Positions 17,638 to 26,013 are shown, counted from the first letter of the stretch. The stretch is 40,000 bases of DNA from Nitrosopumilus sp. (GCF_025699125.1 NZ_JAILWC010000004.1:160735-200734), one strand, 5' to 3'. The notes: generated by a model from the sequence alone, not told the origin. A program made the numbers and translations.

Positions 17638-18990
17638 TCAAACAGTTTTGATTGTTCCAGTCATCCATGGATGAAGCATGCAATAATACTCATACAACCC
17701 CACACTTTCAAATGTCTGCTCAAATGTATCTCCAGGCATCATCATTCCAGAATCAAACAATTCATCATTGCTTGTTACAGTGTGAACTGAGATATCCTTG
17801 TTTGTCCACGTTACGGTGTCACCTACTTGAATCTGCGTTAGTTTAGGATAGTATGACTTGTTGGAAGATTTTATCGCAGAACCTTCTTCCACTTCGCAAA
17901 GAGTAGTTTCAACTATCTGTGACTCATCAGTGTTTTGTGCAAATGTGAGATGTTTCTCATGAGAAGATGTGTTTGCAGTAGTTTTTGTAATTTCTGCATT
18001 ATCAGGCATTTCCAAGTCTGTCAAGATTTGTTTTTGCCAATTCCACATGTCAATGGATTTAGTCTTTGCAATATCCACGCCATCAATTGCATCAGAGTGA
18101 GCATCTCTAACATCAAAGTATGCCATAGTACCCTTTTCTTCTGGGATACCATGCAAGTGGAAGAGATACCTTCCAGGATCTTTCCATTTTGCTTCAAATA
18201 TTGCAGCATTGCCAGGACCTACCTCCCATGTCTGAGTCTTGATGGGAGCATTCGCCCATATTCCTGAGACTATGGTCTCAAATATAGTACCATGAATATG
18301 AAATCCAAATGCAGGGATGGCACCCATGTCAACATAGTATAGCCTTACCAATTCATTTGTTTTTGCAGGTAATGGATTTGTCCAATATTGATCAGCATAC
18401 CCGTTAAAGAAAACATAATCAGGAGTCCATGTCTCTTGGTCTTCCAAGTCGTATTCACCTTTGACAAGCACATATTCACGTGCAGGTTCTAATCCTTCTT
18501 TAGGATCTACGATAAACGCACCATACAAGCCATTTCGGATATGTTCAGAGACGGGCATGACATGGCAGTGATACATGAATAATCCCGCAGGTTCTGCTGT
18601 AAAGTCATATGTGTAAGATTCACCTGGAAGAACTTCTTGGAACACACCATCATTTTTCTCATCATGATCTCCATGAAAATGCATTGTATGTGGAAGTTTT
18701 CCATTATTGATAAAATTGATAATTACCCTATCGCCTTCAGTTGCACGCAATGTTGGACCAGGAATTGTACCGTTATACGTCCAAGATTCAACCCTGAGAC
18801 CAGGTGAAATCTCCAAGGTTGTATCTTCTGCAACCACAGTATATGTACGAGTAACGGGGGAATTGTGGACAGAATTATCTTCAGCAAAAGACTGTAAAGG
18901 TATCTCTGCATTTAAGAAAAAAATACCAAGCGCCACTCCAAGAGAAACAACCCCTATAAGCATAACAGTAGTTCTGTCCACGAAAAGCAA
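17638..18990 (-). CDS. two-domain multicopper oxidase / NirK-family protein with C-terminal amicyanin/plastocyanin-like cupredoxin domain
   Basis: 450 aa with copper-ligand motifs HTMHFHGDH and YHCHVMPVSEHIRNGLYG and a second-domain HIHG/FHLHG. The C-terminal 100 aa carries VHTV...YYCMLHPWM (His, Cys-x2-His-x2-Met type-1 Cu site). An N-terminal membrane anchor is present. The track start is TTG at 18990 and an ATG alternative lies at 18963. Confidence 0.75.
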   Translation of the reverse strand: MLFVDRTTVMLIGVVSLGVALGIFFLNAEIPLQSFAEDNSVHNSPVTRTYTVVAEDTTLEISPGLRVESWTYNGTIPGPTLRATEGDRVIINFINNGKLPHTMHFHGDHDEKNDGVFQEVLPGESYTYDFTAEPAGLFMYHCHVMPVSEHIRNGLYGAFIVDPKEGLEPAREYVLVKGEYDLEDQETWTPDYVFFNGYADQYWTNPLPAKTNELVRLYYVDMGAIPAFGFHIHGTIFETIVSGIWANAPIKTQTWEVGPGNAAIFEAKWKDPGRYLFHLHGIPEEKGTMAYFDVRDAHSDAIDGVDIAKTKSIDMWNWQKQILTDLEMPDNAEITKTTANTSSHEKHLTFAQNTDESQIVETTLCEVEEGSAIKSSNKSYYPKLTQIQVGDTVTWTNKDISVHTVTSNDELFDSGMMMPGDTFEQTFESVGLYEYYCMLHPWMTGTIKTV

Positions 18991-19023
18991 TATCAGATAT
19001 TGTTTTTAATTAAGAGGTTTATT

Positions 19024-19041
19024 TTGCAAACAATTGCAAAC
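19024..19041. promoter_or_regulatory. tandem TTGCAAAC boxes in the divergent promoter region
   Basis: ttgcaaac occurs at 19024-19031 and again at 19034-19041, a 10-bp phase. The TTGCAA core is self-complementary. The boxes lie between the oxidase start (18990/18963, minus) and the 73-aa ORF start (19088, plus). Confidence 0.3.
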
Positions 19042-19087
19042 ACAACCATACGTTGTTCTTATGTACTTTGATTTTCTTTAATTTATC

Positions 19088-19309
19088 TTGGCCCCAAGAT
19101 GTAAAGGACATTGTGTTGATTTTGTAACAAAAAGATTTGAGAATGGATTAAAATATAAAAATGGATTAAAATGGTGTGCGACATGTTCCAGATTCATCAA
19201 AACAGAATCGATTAGATGTTCTTGTTGCAACACAAAACTACGAATTAGAGCAAAAAATAGAATATATCACAAGAAGTTAAACAATCAAGAAAATAATTTT
19301 GTTGTTTGA
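19088..19309 (+). CDS. small Cys-rich zinc-ribbon-like basic protein (hypothetical)
   Basis: 73 aa, TTG start, with CKGHC...CATC...CSCC spacing and a basic C-terminal tail. Confidence 0.4.
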   Translation: MAPRCKGHCVDFVTKRFENGLKYKNGLKWCATCSRFIKTESIRCSCCNTKLRIRAKNRIYHKKLNNQENNFVV

Positions 19310-19400
19310 GTGTTTGTATTGCGTTTCATCATATGATGATAAGCTAGAGTAAGCTAAGTAGCTTACCGCACTCTATCTGCAACTAGTTCTAAATAGAATT

Positions 19401-19550
19401 ATGAAAACACCACAAAACTCAAACTGGGATAGAATGGTTCATGCCCCTTTCAAAAAGGTCGTAAAGTTTGACCTCATCTGCATGGGAATCGGCGCAGTAA
19501 TTGGAATGGGTGCTGGAGCATATCTTGTTGCTAGTGGTTTGTTAGGCTAG
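19401..19550 (+). CDS. possible 49-aa single-TM micro-protein
   Basis: Hand translation gives MKTPQNSNWDRMVHAPFKKVVKFDLICMGIGAVIGMGAGAYLVASGLLG, with a Gly-rich C-terminal TM helix. It is below the track cutoff. Confidence 0.3.
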   Translation: MKTPQNSNWDRMVHAPFKKVVKFDLICMGIGAVIGMGAGAYLVASGLLG

Positions 19551-19690
19551 CAACAAAATTCCTTTTTTATGATTAACATGAATCACACCTTAGAAAATGA
19601 GAAGGGGTAATTGTCACGAAATTCATGCCCATGACTCTACGGGATACAACACCATTTCGAAGATAAAGATAGGCGCAGATAGGATGACAC

Positions 19691-21838
19691 TTAGAATTTT
19701 TTATTTTTGAAATTTTTCATTAGTTTCTCCTCACCATTAGTAATGTTGTAACGTTTTAGCATTGCAGAGTTTGCAATTACAGAAATAGAGCTTAGTGCCA
19801 TGGCAGCTGCTGCAATAATTGGACTAAGCAATCCGATTGCTGCCAATGGAATAGCTCCAGAATTGTATGCAAATGCCCAAAAGAGGTTTTGTTTTATTTT
19901 TTTCATAGTAGCTTGGCTTAGTCTTATGGCACGAGATACGTCCATGATATCATTTTTGATTAGAACAATTCCACCTGTTTCCTTTGCAATGTCAGAACCA
20001 CTTCCTATAGCAATACCAATGTCAGCTTGTGCAAGTGCTGGCGCATCATTAATGCCGTCACCCACCATTGCAACAATCTCACCTTTGGATTGCAATTTTT
20101 TTATCTCAGATGCCTTGTCAGAAGGAAGAACATTTGCAATTACCTTTTTGATTCCTACGTCTTCTGCTATTGCACTTGCAGTCTTTTCATTGTCACCTGT
20201 AATCATTATGCATTCAATTCCAAGATCTTTTAGTGCTGCAATTGCCATGGGAGAGGATTCTTTTAGAGAGTCAGCTACTGCAATAATTCCTTCAATTTTA
20301 TTATCAACTGCAACCATGATTGCAGTCTTTCCTTGAGATTCTAGTTGTTTTAATTTAGATTCAACATTTTCAGTTGAAATGTCGTATTTTTTCATCATCT
20401 TACGATTACCGCCATAGATTTGTCTACCGTTTACAATAGCCTGAACCCCAAGACCGTTTAGTGATTCAAAATCATTCAGAGATAAAGGTAAAGTTACCAT
20501 ATCTTTTGTTTTTTTGACAATAGCCTGAGCAATCGGGTGTTCAGAACCAGTCTCCACAGATCCACCCAATTCCATAATTTCTTTTTCAGAAAGTGTTCCC
20601 ACACATACAATATCTGTTACTTCTGGCTCACCCTTTGTCAGAGTACCAGTTTTATCAAATACAATAGTAGTGATCTTTTGTGAACGTTCCAAATATTCGG
20701 CACCTCGAATCAATATTCCAGACTCGGCACCTTTACCTACACCTACCATTAATGCTGCAGGGGTTGCAACGCCTAGTGCGCACGGACATGCTATGATTAA
20801 TACTGCAACAAAAGCCAACAGTCCTGAGATATAATCCTGCATTACAAAATACCACACCAAAAAAGTTACAGCAGATGCAGAAACCACTGCGGGTACAAAC
20901 TTTGCTGCAATTGAATCTGCCAACCTCTGAGCCTTTGCAGTAGATGCTTGTGCTTGTTCCACTACATGAATTATCTGGGATAGTGCAGTCTCTTTTCCTA
21001 CTTTTGTTGCCTTTACTTTGAGCAGTCCTTGTATATTCAAGGTTGCACCAATCACTTCATCGCCTGATTGTTTTCCTACTGGAAGACTCTCACCTGTAAT
21101 CATTTTTTCATCAACTGATGATTTACCTTCTATTACAGTTCCGTCAGTTGGGATTTTTTCTCCGGGTTTTACTATCATTACATCACCTTCAATTACCTGA
21201 TTTGACGGAATGTCAGTTTCTAATCCGTCTCGTATGACCCTAGCCATTGCAGGTTTTAGGTCCAGTAATTTTCTTACAGCAGCTGAGCTCTTCTTTTTGA
21301 TTGCCTCTTCCATGTACTTACCTAACAAAACAAATGCAATGATTACAGCAGATACCTCAAAGTAGACGTATTTTTCTTCTCCCGGAATTGCGTCTGGAAA
21401 GAACAGTACAACAGTGCTGTAAATGTATGCAGTTAGAGTTGCAATTGCAATTAAGAGATCCATGTTAGCTGTTCTGTGTTTTATGGAATGATATGCCCCT
21501 ACATAGAAAGACCATCCTCCAATAAACTGAACAGGAGTTACTATGATGAACAACAAAAGCCCGTATGAAAGAAAAGGGATTTCAGGAAAGGGAACCCAAG
21601 AAACCACCATTGCACCAGCAGCTACACTGAGATAAAGGGCAGCCCGAATTATTGCTAAAACTAGGGCACCAGATGCTGCAACATACATTCTCTTTTTCAT
21701 TTTGGCAAGTTCTTTTTCAGGCTGGACAAATGTCTGCTTGCACATGGGACTGCAAAAATAGAATAATCTTCCACCTACTTCAGAACTAATGCCTGTTTCT
21801 TCATTTACAACCATTCCACATACAGGATCTTTTGCCAT
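19691..21838 (-). CDS. copA: copper-translocating P1B-type ATPase with N-terminal TRASH/YHS metal-binding domain
   Basis: 715 aa with DPVCGMVV...[12 protein letters not shown] (TRASH/YHS), the TM CPC motif (IIACPCALG), DKTGTLT phosphorylation site, TGES-like ITGESLP, and [10 protein letters not shown]. Confidence 0.92.
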   Translation of the reverse strand: MAKDPVCGMVVNEETGISSEVGGRLFYFCSPMCKQTFVQPEKELAKMKKRMYVAASGALVLAIIRAALYLSVAAGAMVVSWVPFPEIPFLSYGLLLFIIVTPVQFIGGWSFYVGAYHSIKHRTANMDLLIAIATLTAYIYSTVVLFFPDAIPGEEKYVYFEVSAVIIAFVLLGKYMEEAIKKKSSAAVRKLLDLKPAMARVIRDGLETDIPSNQVIEGDVMIVKPGEKIPTDGTVIEGKSSVDEKMITGESLPVGKQSGDEVIGATLNIQGLLKVKATKVGKETALSQIIHVVEQAQASTAKAQRLADSIAAKFVPAVVSASAVTFLVWYFVMQDYISGLLAFVAVLIIACPCALGVATPAALMVGVGKGAESGILIRGAEYLERSQKITTIVFDKTGTLTKGEPEVTDIVCVGTLSEKEIMELGGSVETGSEHPIAQAIVKKTKDMVTLPLSLNDFESLNGLGVQAIVNGRQIYGGNRKMMKKYDISTENVESKLKQLESQGKTAIMVAVDNKIEGIIAVADSLKESSPMAIAALKDLGIECIMITGDNEKTASAIAEDVGIKKVIANVLPSDKASEIKKLQSKGEIVAMVGDGINDAPALAQADIGIAIGSGSDIAKETGGIVLIKNDIMDVSRAIRLSQATMKKIKQNLFWAFAYNSGAIPLAAIGLLSPIIAAAAMALSSISVIANSAMLKRYNITNGEEKLMKNFKNKKF

Positions 21839-21874
21839 GATTATATTGCCAAAAACAGATGTATAACATCTTAC

Positions 21875-21888
21875 TTTACAAATGTAAA
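21875..21888. promoter_or_regulatory. palindromic operator candidate TTTACA-AA-TGTAAA in the copA / regulator divergent spacer
   Basis: The palindrome has perfect 6-bp arms (an outer C/G pair extends it to ctttacaaatgtaaag, 21874-21889). It lies exactly 37 bp from the copA start (21838) and 37 bp from the regulator start (21925). The same half-sites recur at 22559-22572 and 22613-22626. Confidence 0.5.
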
Positions 21889-21924
21889 GAGAACTCTAAA
21901 TACAAAATAGGGAATTGACATTGT

Positions 21925-22383
21925 ATGGGTTACGAGTTAGATCAACTAGATACATCAATTATCACTTCTCTAATGGAGGATGGAAGAAAATCCTTTCGTG
22001 CAATTTCTAGAGAATTGAAAATCAGTACGCCAACCATAAAGGCAAGATACGAACGACTAGTAAAAATAGGCTTGATAAAATCTGTGAGGCCTGAAATTGA
22101 TATAACAAAAATATCCAAGTCAAACAAAAAATCTCTTTCGGAGGATTTGCTTAATTCACTTAAAACAAACAAAAAACACTTTCATGTTAAAATTGATAAT
22201 CTTCAAGTAAAAATGAAATGCGATTTCTGTGAGGGTCCAATCAATGGAAGACCCAAATCACTAAAGTTTGCAGACATTGAACGATTTTTTTGCTGTACAT
22301 CTTGTAGAAATGATTACAAGGGAAAGTATGGTGGAAGAATACAGTCTCTAATAGAACAGTATAAAGAAAATAAAAAAAAATAG
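21925..22383 (+). CDS. Lrp/AsnC-type HTH regulator fused to a C-terminal TRASH metal-binding domain (CopR/CopT-like copper-responsive regulator)
   Basis: 152 aa. The N-terminal LDQLDTSIITSLMEDGRKSFRAISRELKISTPTIKARYERLVKIGLI is an HTH_AsnC pattern. The C-terminal CDFCEGPI...FFCCTSCRNDY is a TRASH pattern. The gene is divergent from copA. Confidence 0.75.
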   Translation: MGYELDQLDTSIITSLMEDGRKSFRAISRELKISTPTIKARYERLVKIGLIKSVRPEIDITKISKSNKKSLSEDLLNSLKTNKKHFHVKIDNLQVKMKCDFCEGPINGRPKSLKFADIERFFCCTSCRNDYKGKYGGRIQSLIEQYKENKKK

Positions 22384-22558
22384 TGATAAGAAAATTTTTT
22401 CCTTCTTGAACAGATTTTCTCATGATATAATATATTATTGGATATGTGCGTTGTTGTTTCTATTCGTAAATTCAATGAACGCTGTTCATAATTTGCATGG
22501 ATTGTCATATGTAATTTCATGAATTTGCATTAGATTGTTGGATAGATATTCGCTAGAC

Positions 22559-22626
22559 TTTACAATTGTAAATATTGGTTATGATGGATGTAGTGCAATT
22601 CAGATTTTTCATTTTACAATTGTAAA
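22559..22626. promoter_or_regulatory. two copies of palindrome TTTACAATTGTAAA upstream of the DoxX gene
   Basis: Perfect 14-bp palindromes lie at 22559-22572 and 22613-22626, which is 92 and 38 bp upstream of the ATG at 22664. Confidence 0.45.
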
Positions 22627-22663
22627 GTATACTGTTGATTTATCCTGCAGCATATGTAAATAC

Positions 22664-23089
22664 ATGATAAATTCACAACAACAAAAACAACAACTAAACA
22701 AAATCCAAGAATTAACCTATTGGGGAATCCGAGCCTCAGTTGGAGCAATCTTTTTTGTATATGGTATGCAAAAATTCGACCCGATATGGAAACAACATCT
22801 AATCAACTTTGGATTTCCTCCAGAACTGCAAATTCCTATTGCGTTAGCTGAAACCATAGGAGGAATATTCCTAATAGTTGGTTTTATGACAAGAATTACT
22901 GGTGCTGTATTTAGCATAATTCTGCTAGATGCAATATTTCACATCAGATGGGAAAATGGATTCTTCATAGCCCAAGGTGGATGGGATTATGATCTTGCAC
23001 TACTGACAATGATGCTATTTGTTATTGTAACAGGTACAGGAAAAATTTCCATCAATTCAAAATTGAAGATTCCAAAAATTCTTCAATAA
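22664..23089 (+). CDS. DoxX-family membrane protein
   Basis: GIRASVGAIFFVYGMQKF, LAETIGGIFLIVGFMTRITGAVFSIILLDAI and four TM helices fit DoxX. The track ORF starts at TTG 22535, but that leader holds the palindromes, so ATG 22664 (MINSQQQ) is the likely start. Confidence 0.7.
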   Translation: MINSQQQKQQLNKIQELTYWGIRASVGAIFFVYGMQKFDPIWKQHLINFGFPPELQIPIALAETIGGIFLIVGFMTRITGAVFSIILLDAIFHIRWENGFFIAQGGWDYDLALLTMMLFVIVTGTGKISINSKLKIPKILQ

Positions 23090-23114
23090 TTTTTTTTATT
23101 TAATTTGAACTCGA

Positions 23115-23366
23115 TCATGGATGCATCATCTTATCATCCATCATGTTTCCGCGTATAATTTCTTGCATCTGCCCCATTACCTCTGGGTTTTCTGACATGT
23201 GGCCCAACATCTGCAATATTATGTTTGGATCGTTAATCATTTCCATCATCATTTCCTGCATAAAATCATGATTTTTTCTCATCATAATTCCCATATCCTC
23301 TGCATGTTGAGTATTTTGCATCCATGTTCTTATTGCCTCTTGATCTTGTGTTGTTGATTCCATCAT
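23115..23366 (-). CDS. methionine/histidine-rich small soluble protein (candidate Cu(I)-binding protein)
   Basis: 83 aa with 19 Met (counted) plus 4 His, in clusters MMxxM, MQEMMMEM and MMDDKMMH. There is no signal peptide or TM helix. It lies inside the metal island. Confidence 0.6.
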   Translation of the reverse strand: MMESTTQDQEAIRTWMQNTQHAEDMGIMMRKNHDFMQEMMMEMINDPNIILQMLGHMSENPEVMGQMQEIIRGNMMDDKMMHP

Positions 23367-23624
23367 TTGTTGTCTGAATTGGGGGATCTCACATCATTGT
23401 AATCTTACAAAAAGAGATCTACTATGGGTGTTCTCAATAGCATTGTGTGGTGCAGTATTGCGCCAAGCCTGTATTTTGTTGGATTGACACATGCAAGTGC
23501 ATCTGATACCTGCTCTTATTGCAAATGGAGAAGTGGTCTTTTCAGTTTTACTTACAGTGATGCCAGATATTAAAGATGAAATTCCCAATATTGGCCCCAT
23601 ATGAAAATTAGATTTTGCATATAA

Positions 23625-24554
23625 CTATCGTTCAATTTCTACAAAAATATACTCTTTGTTGGAATTTGGCAGAATTTTCATAATTTCGTGTTCAATCACA
23701 TCAGTTACCACCTCAATTTTATCCGTATCCAACCCATCAATCAAATTTACTTCAATTCCAACTATGATGATAGTAGGACTAAGATGCATTGTTTTCATAG
23801 TGACAACTTTGTGGACTTCAGGTATTGCAGCAACAACACCTATAATCTGTTTTCTTTGTTCTGGGGAAATTGATTCTCCTATTAGCAGACCTCTGTTTTC
23901 TTTGGCCAAGAAAAAGGCAAACGACATCAGCAGTATTCCAATAATAATTGAGCTTATAGAATCATATACAGTATTTCCAGTTATGTCTGTAAGAAATATT
24001 CCTACAGCTGCAATTCCAATTCCTAACAATGCAGCAGTGTCTTCCACCACTACAGTTAGAATTGAAGTGTCCTTGCTATTTTTAAATTCATTATACAAAG
24101 TTGAAGGTCTTGTCTTTTCACCTCGTTCTTTAATTGGTTTTTTAAATTGAATTAGTGCAATTCTTAACGCATTTGCCTCAAAACCAAATGCAATTGCAAG
24201 TACAATGTAATTTATTACAGGATTTTCAAAATTATGCCCCTCGCCCAACAAAGATGAGAATCCCTGTTCAAGGGACAATATGCCAGATATTCCAAAGATC
24301 ATGGTAGCTACAACAAATGACCAGAAAAATTGGGACTTTCCAAAGCCAAACTGATGTAAATCAGTAGCAGGTTTTTTGCTTATTTTGATACCCAGCAACA
24401 ACAGAATTTGATTAACTGTGTCTGAAGCAGAGTGATAAGATTCTGCCCACATTGAAGCACTACCCGTCATTGCAGCTGCAATAAACTTTGTAACTGCAAT
24501 TCCCAGATTTCCAAAAAGTGCTGCGTAAACTGCGTTGGTAGATCCAGATGCCAA
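23625..24554 (-). CDS. cation diffusion facilitator (CDF) family metal efflux transporter
   Basis: 309 aa, six TM helices, with ESYHSASDTVNQILLLLG (TM2 metal site) and VVEDTAALLGIG (TM5). The C-terminal cytoplasmic domain contains VHKVVTMKTMHLSP. TTG start. Confidence 0.8.
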   Translation of the reverse strand: MASGSTNAVYAALFGNLGIAVTKFIAAAMTGSASMWAESYHSASDTVNQILLLLGIKISKKPATDLHQFGFGKSQFFWSFVVATMIFGISGILSLEQGFSSLLGEGHNFENPVINYIVLAIAFGFEANALRIALIQFKKPIKERGEKTRPSTLYNEFKNSKDTSILTVVVEDTAALLGIGIAAVGIFLTDITGNTVYDSISSIIIGILLMSFAFFLAKENRGLLIGESISPEQRKQIIGVVAAIPEVHKVVTMKTMHLSPTIIIVGIEVNLIDGLDTDKIEVVTDVIEHEIMKILPNSNKEYIFVEIER

Positions 24555-24556
24555 GG

Positions 24557-25387
24557 CTATTTTTCGATGGAATCCTTATTTGAATTAGTGTTTTCTTTAT
24601 CAATTTTTTTCTCTAGTTCATCTGTTTCTTTTTCTATCTTCTTTTCTAGATCTTCATGTTTTTCTTCAATTTGTTCTACATGAACTTTTATCTTCTCATC
24701 AATTTGTTTTTCAATTTGCTCCTCTAATTTTTCTTCAGCAACGGGCAAAATCTTTCGTTTTATCAAAAATAAAATTCGTAAAACAGCCTCAACTAGTATT
24801 GCATACATTACAAAGCCAATAATTTTACCTAAAAATGGAACAAATCCATATGCCCTATCCAATATATCATTTGGAGTAAAGAAGATGTTGCTAGTAAGAA
24901 AAATACCCAATAAAGCAAATGGAATTAGTTTGGCAAAGTCTTTTGCAAGATCTTCTTTGTAATATGCAGATATTCTTACTGTAACTACCAAAGAGATGAC
25001 AATCAAAAATACATGTTCGGTTGGCAAGTCAGGTGCCATGAAAAATAAAAATGTGGAATAAACAACAAACCAGACTAAAACGACTAATGGAAATATGATG
25101 ACGTATTTGAGAACATATGCTACGATCGAGGTAATCTTTTTCCCATCGGTTTGATATTTTTTTAATCCTAAAGGAATCATTTCACGTCTTGCAAGAAATC
25201 TATAGAAATTCCAGATGAAGATTCCATAAATTACCATTCCAACAGAATAACCAATCAAATCTGCAACTGACACATCAGTTCCAAATTGACTTGTAATGTT
25301 TTCAAAATCAGTAAATGCAGAAGTCAGATCATCATCAAATGTTATTCCCCCAATAGTCAAAAGACTAAAAAGAGCAAAGTAAAACAC
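24557..25387 (-). CDS. membrane protein with Glu/Lys-rich coiled-coil tail (hypothetical)
   Basis: 276 aa, GTG start, about six TM helices, then EEKLEEQIEKQIDEKIKVHVEQIEEKHEDLEKKIEKETDELEKKIDK. Its stop is 2 nt from the CDF start, so the two are probably co-transcribed. Confidence 0.6.
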   Translation of the reverse strand: MFYFALFSLLTIGGITFDDDLTSAFTDFENITSQFGTDVSVADLIGYSVGMVIYGIFIWNFYRFLARREMIPLGLKKYQTDGKKITSIVAYVLKYVIIFPLVVLVWFVVYSTFLFFMAPDLPTEHVFLIVISLVVTVRISAYYKEDLAKDFAKLIPFALLGIFLTSNIFFTPNDILDRAYGFVPFLGKIIGFVMYAILVEAVLRILFLIKRKILPVAEEKLEEQIEKQIDEKIKVHVEQIEEKHEDLEKKIEKETDELEKKIDKENTNSNKDSIEK

Positions 25388-25566
25388 TGAAAGTCATACC
25401 CCTTCAGTCTATTTAATTTGATGCATACTGTAAGTTAAACTAGGAATGATTCACAGACGCATAGTCGTTTTGCAAATATTGGTTTGAATCCACGGGGACT
25501 CTACCACCATTTTGGGGTGGAAATGGACGCAGATAAGTATCAAATAAGAAAAAATGTATTGTAAAT

Positions 25567-25743
25567 TTAATCACAGACTTTAATTTCTGATGATTCTGCT
25601 TTGAAACCAGATTTTGCATGTGAACCATCACAATTTGGTTTGTTTTCTGATGCAGTACATCTACATAATGCACATAGTCTCTTTCCATCAGTTTCTACAA
25701 TTAATGGACCATTTTCAATAGCTTTGATTGATACTTTGACCAT
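25567..25743 (-). CDS. CDGSH-type iron-sulfur domain protein (58 aa)
   Basis: Hand translation gives MVKVSIKAIENGPLIVETDGKRLCALCRCTASENKPNCDGSHAKSGFKAESSEIKVCD. It contains the diagnostic C-x-C-x2-S-x3-P-x-CDGSH signature and is below the track cutoff. Confidence 0.75.
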   Translation of the reverse strand: MVKVSIKAIENGPLIVETDGKRLCALCRCTASENKPNCDGSHAKSGFKAESSEIKVCD

Positions 25744-25915
25744 GTCACAATGTATTTTTTATCATATATTACATTGTCTTATTGGAGATTCTACTCCCAT
25801 TTTGGGGATAAATGTCAGTTACTTGAGCGAGATTTACAAGAATAATTCGGCACTCTAATTCTCTGAAGAATAACTGTCTCTTTGATTCAAGTCTCTAATT
25901 TCAAGTGTTAACGAG

Positions 25916-25936
25916 TTTATCGACAAACAGTAAAAA
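25916..25936. repeat. left copy of 21-nt direct repeat (target-site duplication) TTTATCGACAAACAGTAAAAA
   Basis: It is identical to 37314-37334 and immediately abuts the outer end of the left TIR. Confidence 0.8.
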
Positions 25937-25986
25937 CAGTATCCCCCCGAAATACGCGTAAATTCCTGACGGTTGTCGTAATGCTT
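25937..25986 (+). repeat. left terminal inverted repeat
   Basis: The sequence is cagtatccccccgaaatacgcgtaaattcctgacggttgtcgtaatgctt. Compared with the reverse complement of 37261-37311, the outer 12 nt and inner 14 nt are identical, with about 40 of 51 aligned positions matching overall. Confidence 0.8.
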
Positions 25987-26013
25987 TTCTGTTAAGATCA
26001 AAAATAACAATTA

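Noticed and set aside
19800-20336. 178-aa plus-strand ORF inside copA (also 20027-20233 and 21018-21200)
   Set aside because: It is antisense to a P-type ATPase with all canonical motifs, and its Ala/Ile/Ser-rich sequence mirrors that gene.
22241-22520. Minus-strand ORFs 22241-22423 and 22314-22520
   Set aside because: They overlap the 3' end of the Lrp-TRASH regulator and an AT-rich spacer, with no motifs, and look like shadow ORFs.
23394-23600. 68-aa minus-strand ORF between the CDF and Met-rich genes (or a 49-aa plus-strand alternative starting near 23424)
   Set aside because: Neither frame has convincing features, and the 3' end of the minus ORF contains the palindrome that looks like the Met-rich gene's promoter or operator. 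The region is somewhat GC-richer than its surroundings. I left it unannotated, and a small RNA cannot be excluded.
23656-24150. 164-aa plus-strand ORF inside the CDF gene (also 23688-23873)
   Set aside because: It is an antisense shadow of a transporter with recognisable CDF motifs.
24560-24740. Possible tandem DNA repeat or CRISPR-like periodicity
   Set aside because: The periodicity comes from the Glu/Lys-rich coiled-coil coding sequence of the 276-aa membrane protein. No conserved repeat-spacer structure is present.
25440-25858. Track ORFs 25440-25688 (minus) and 25601-25858 (plus)
   Set aside because: Both overlap the CDGSH-signature ORF at 25567-25743, which has a diagnostic motif, and neither has recognisable features.
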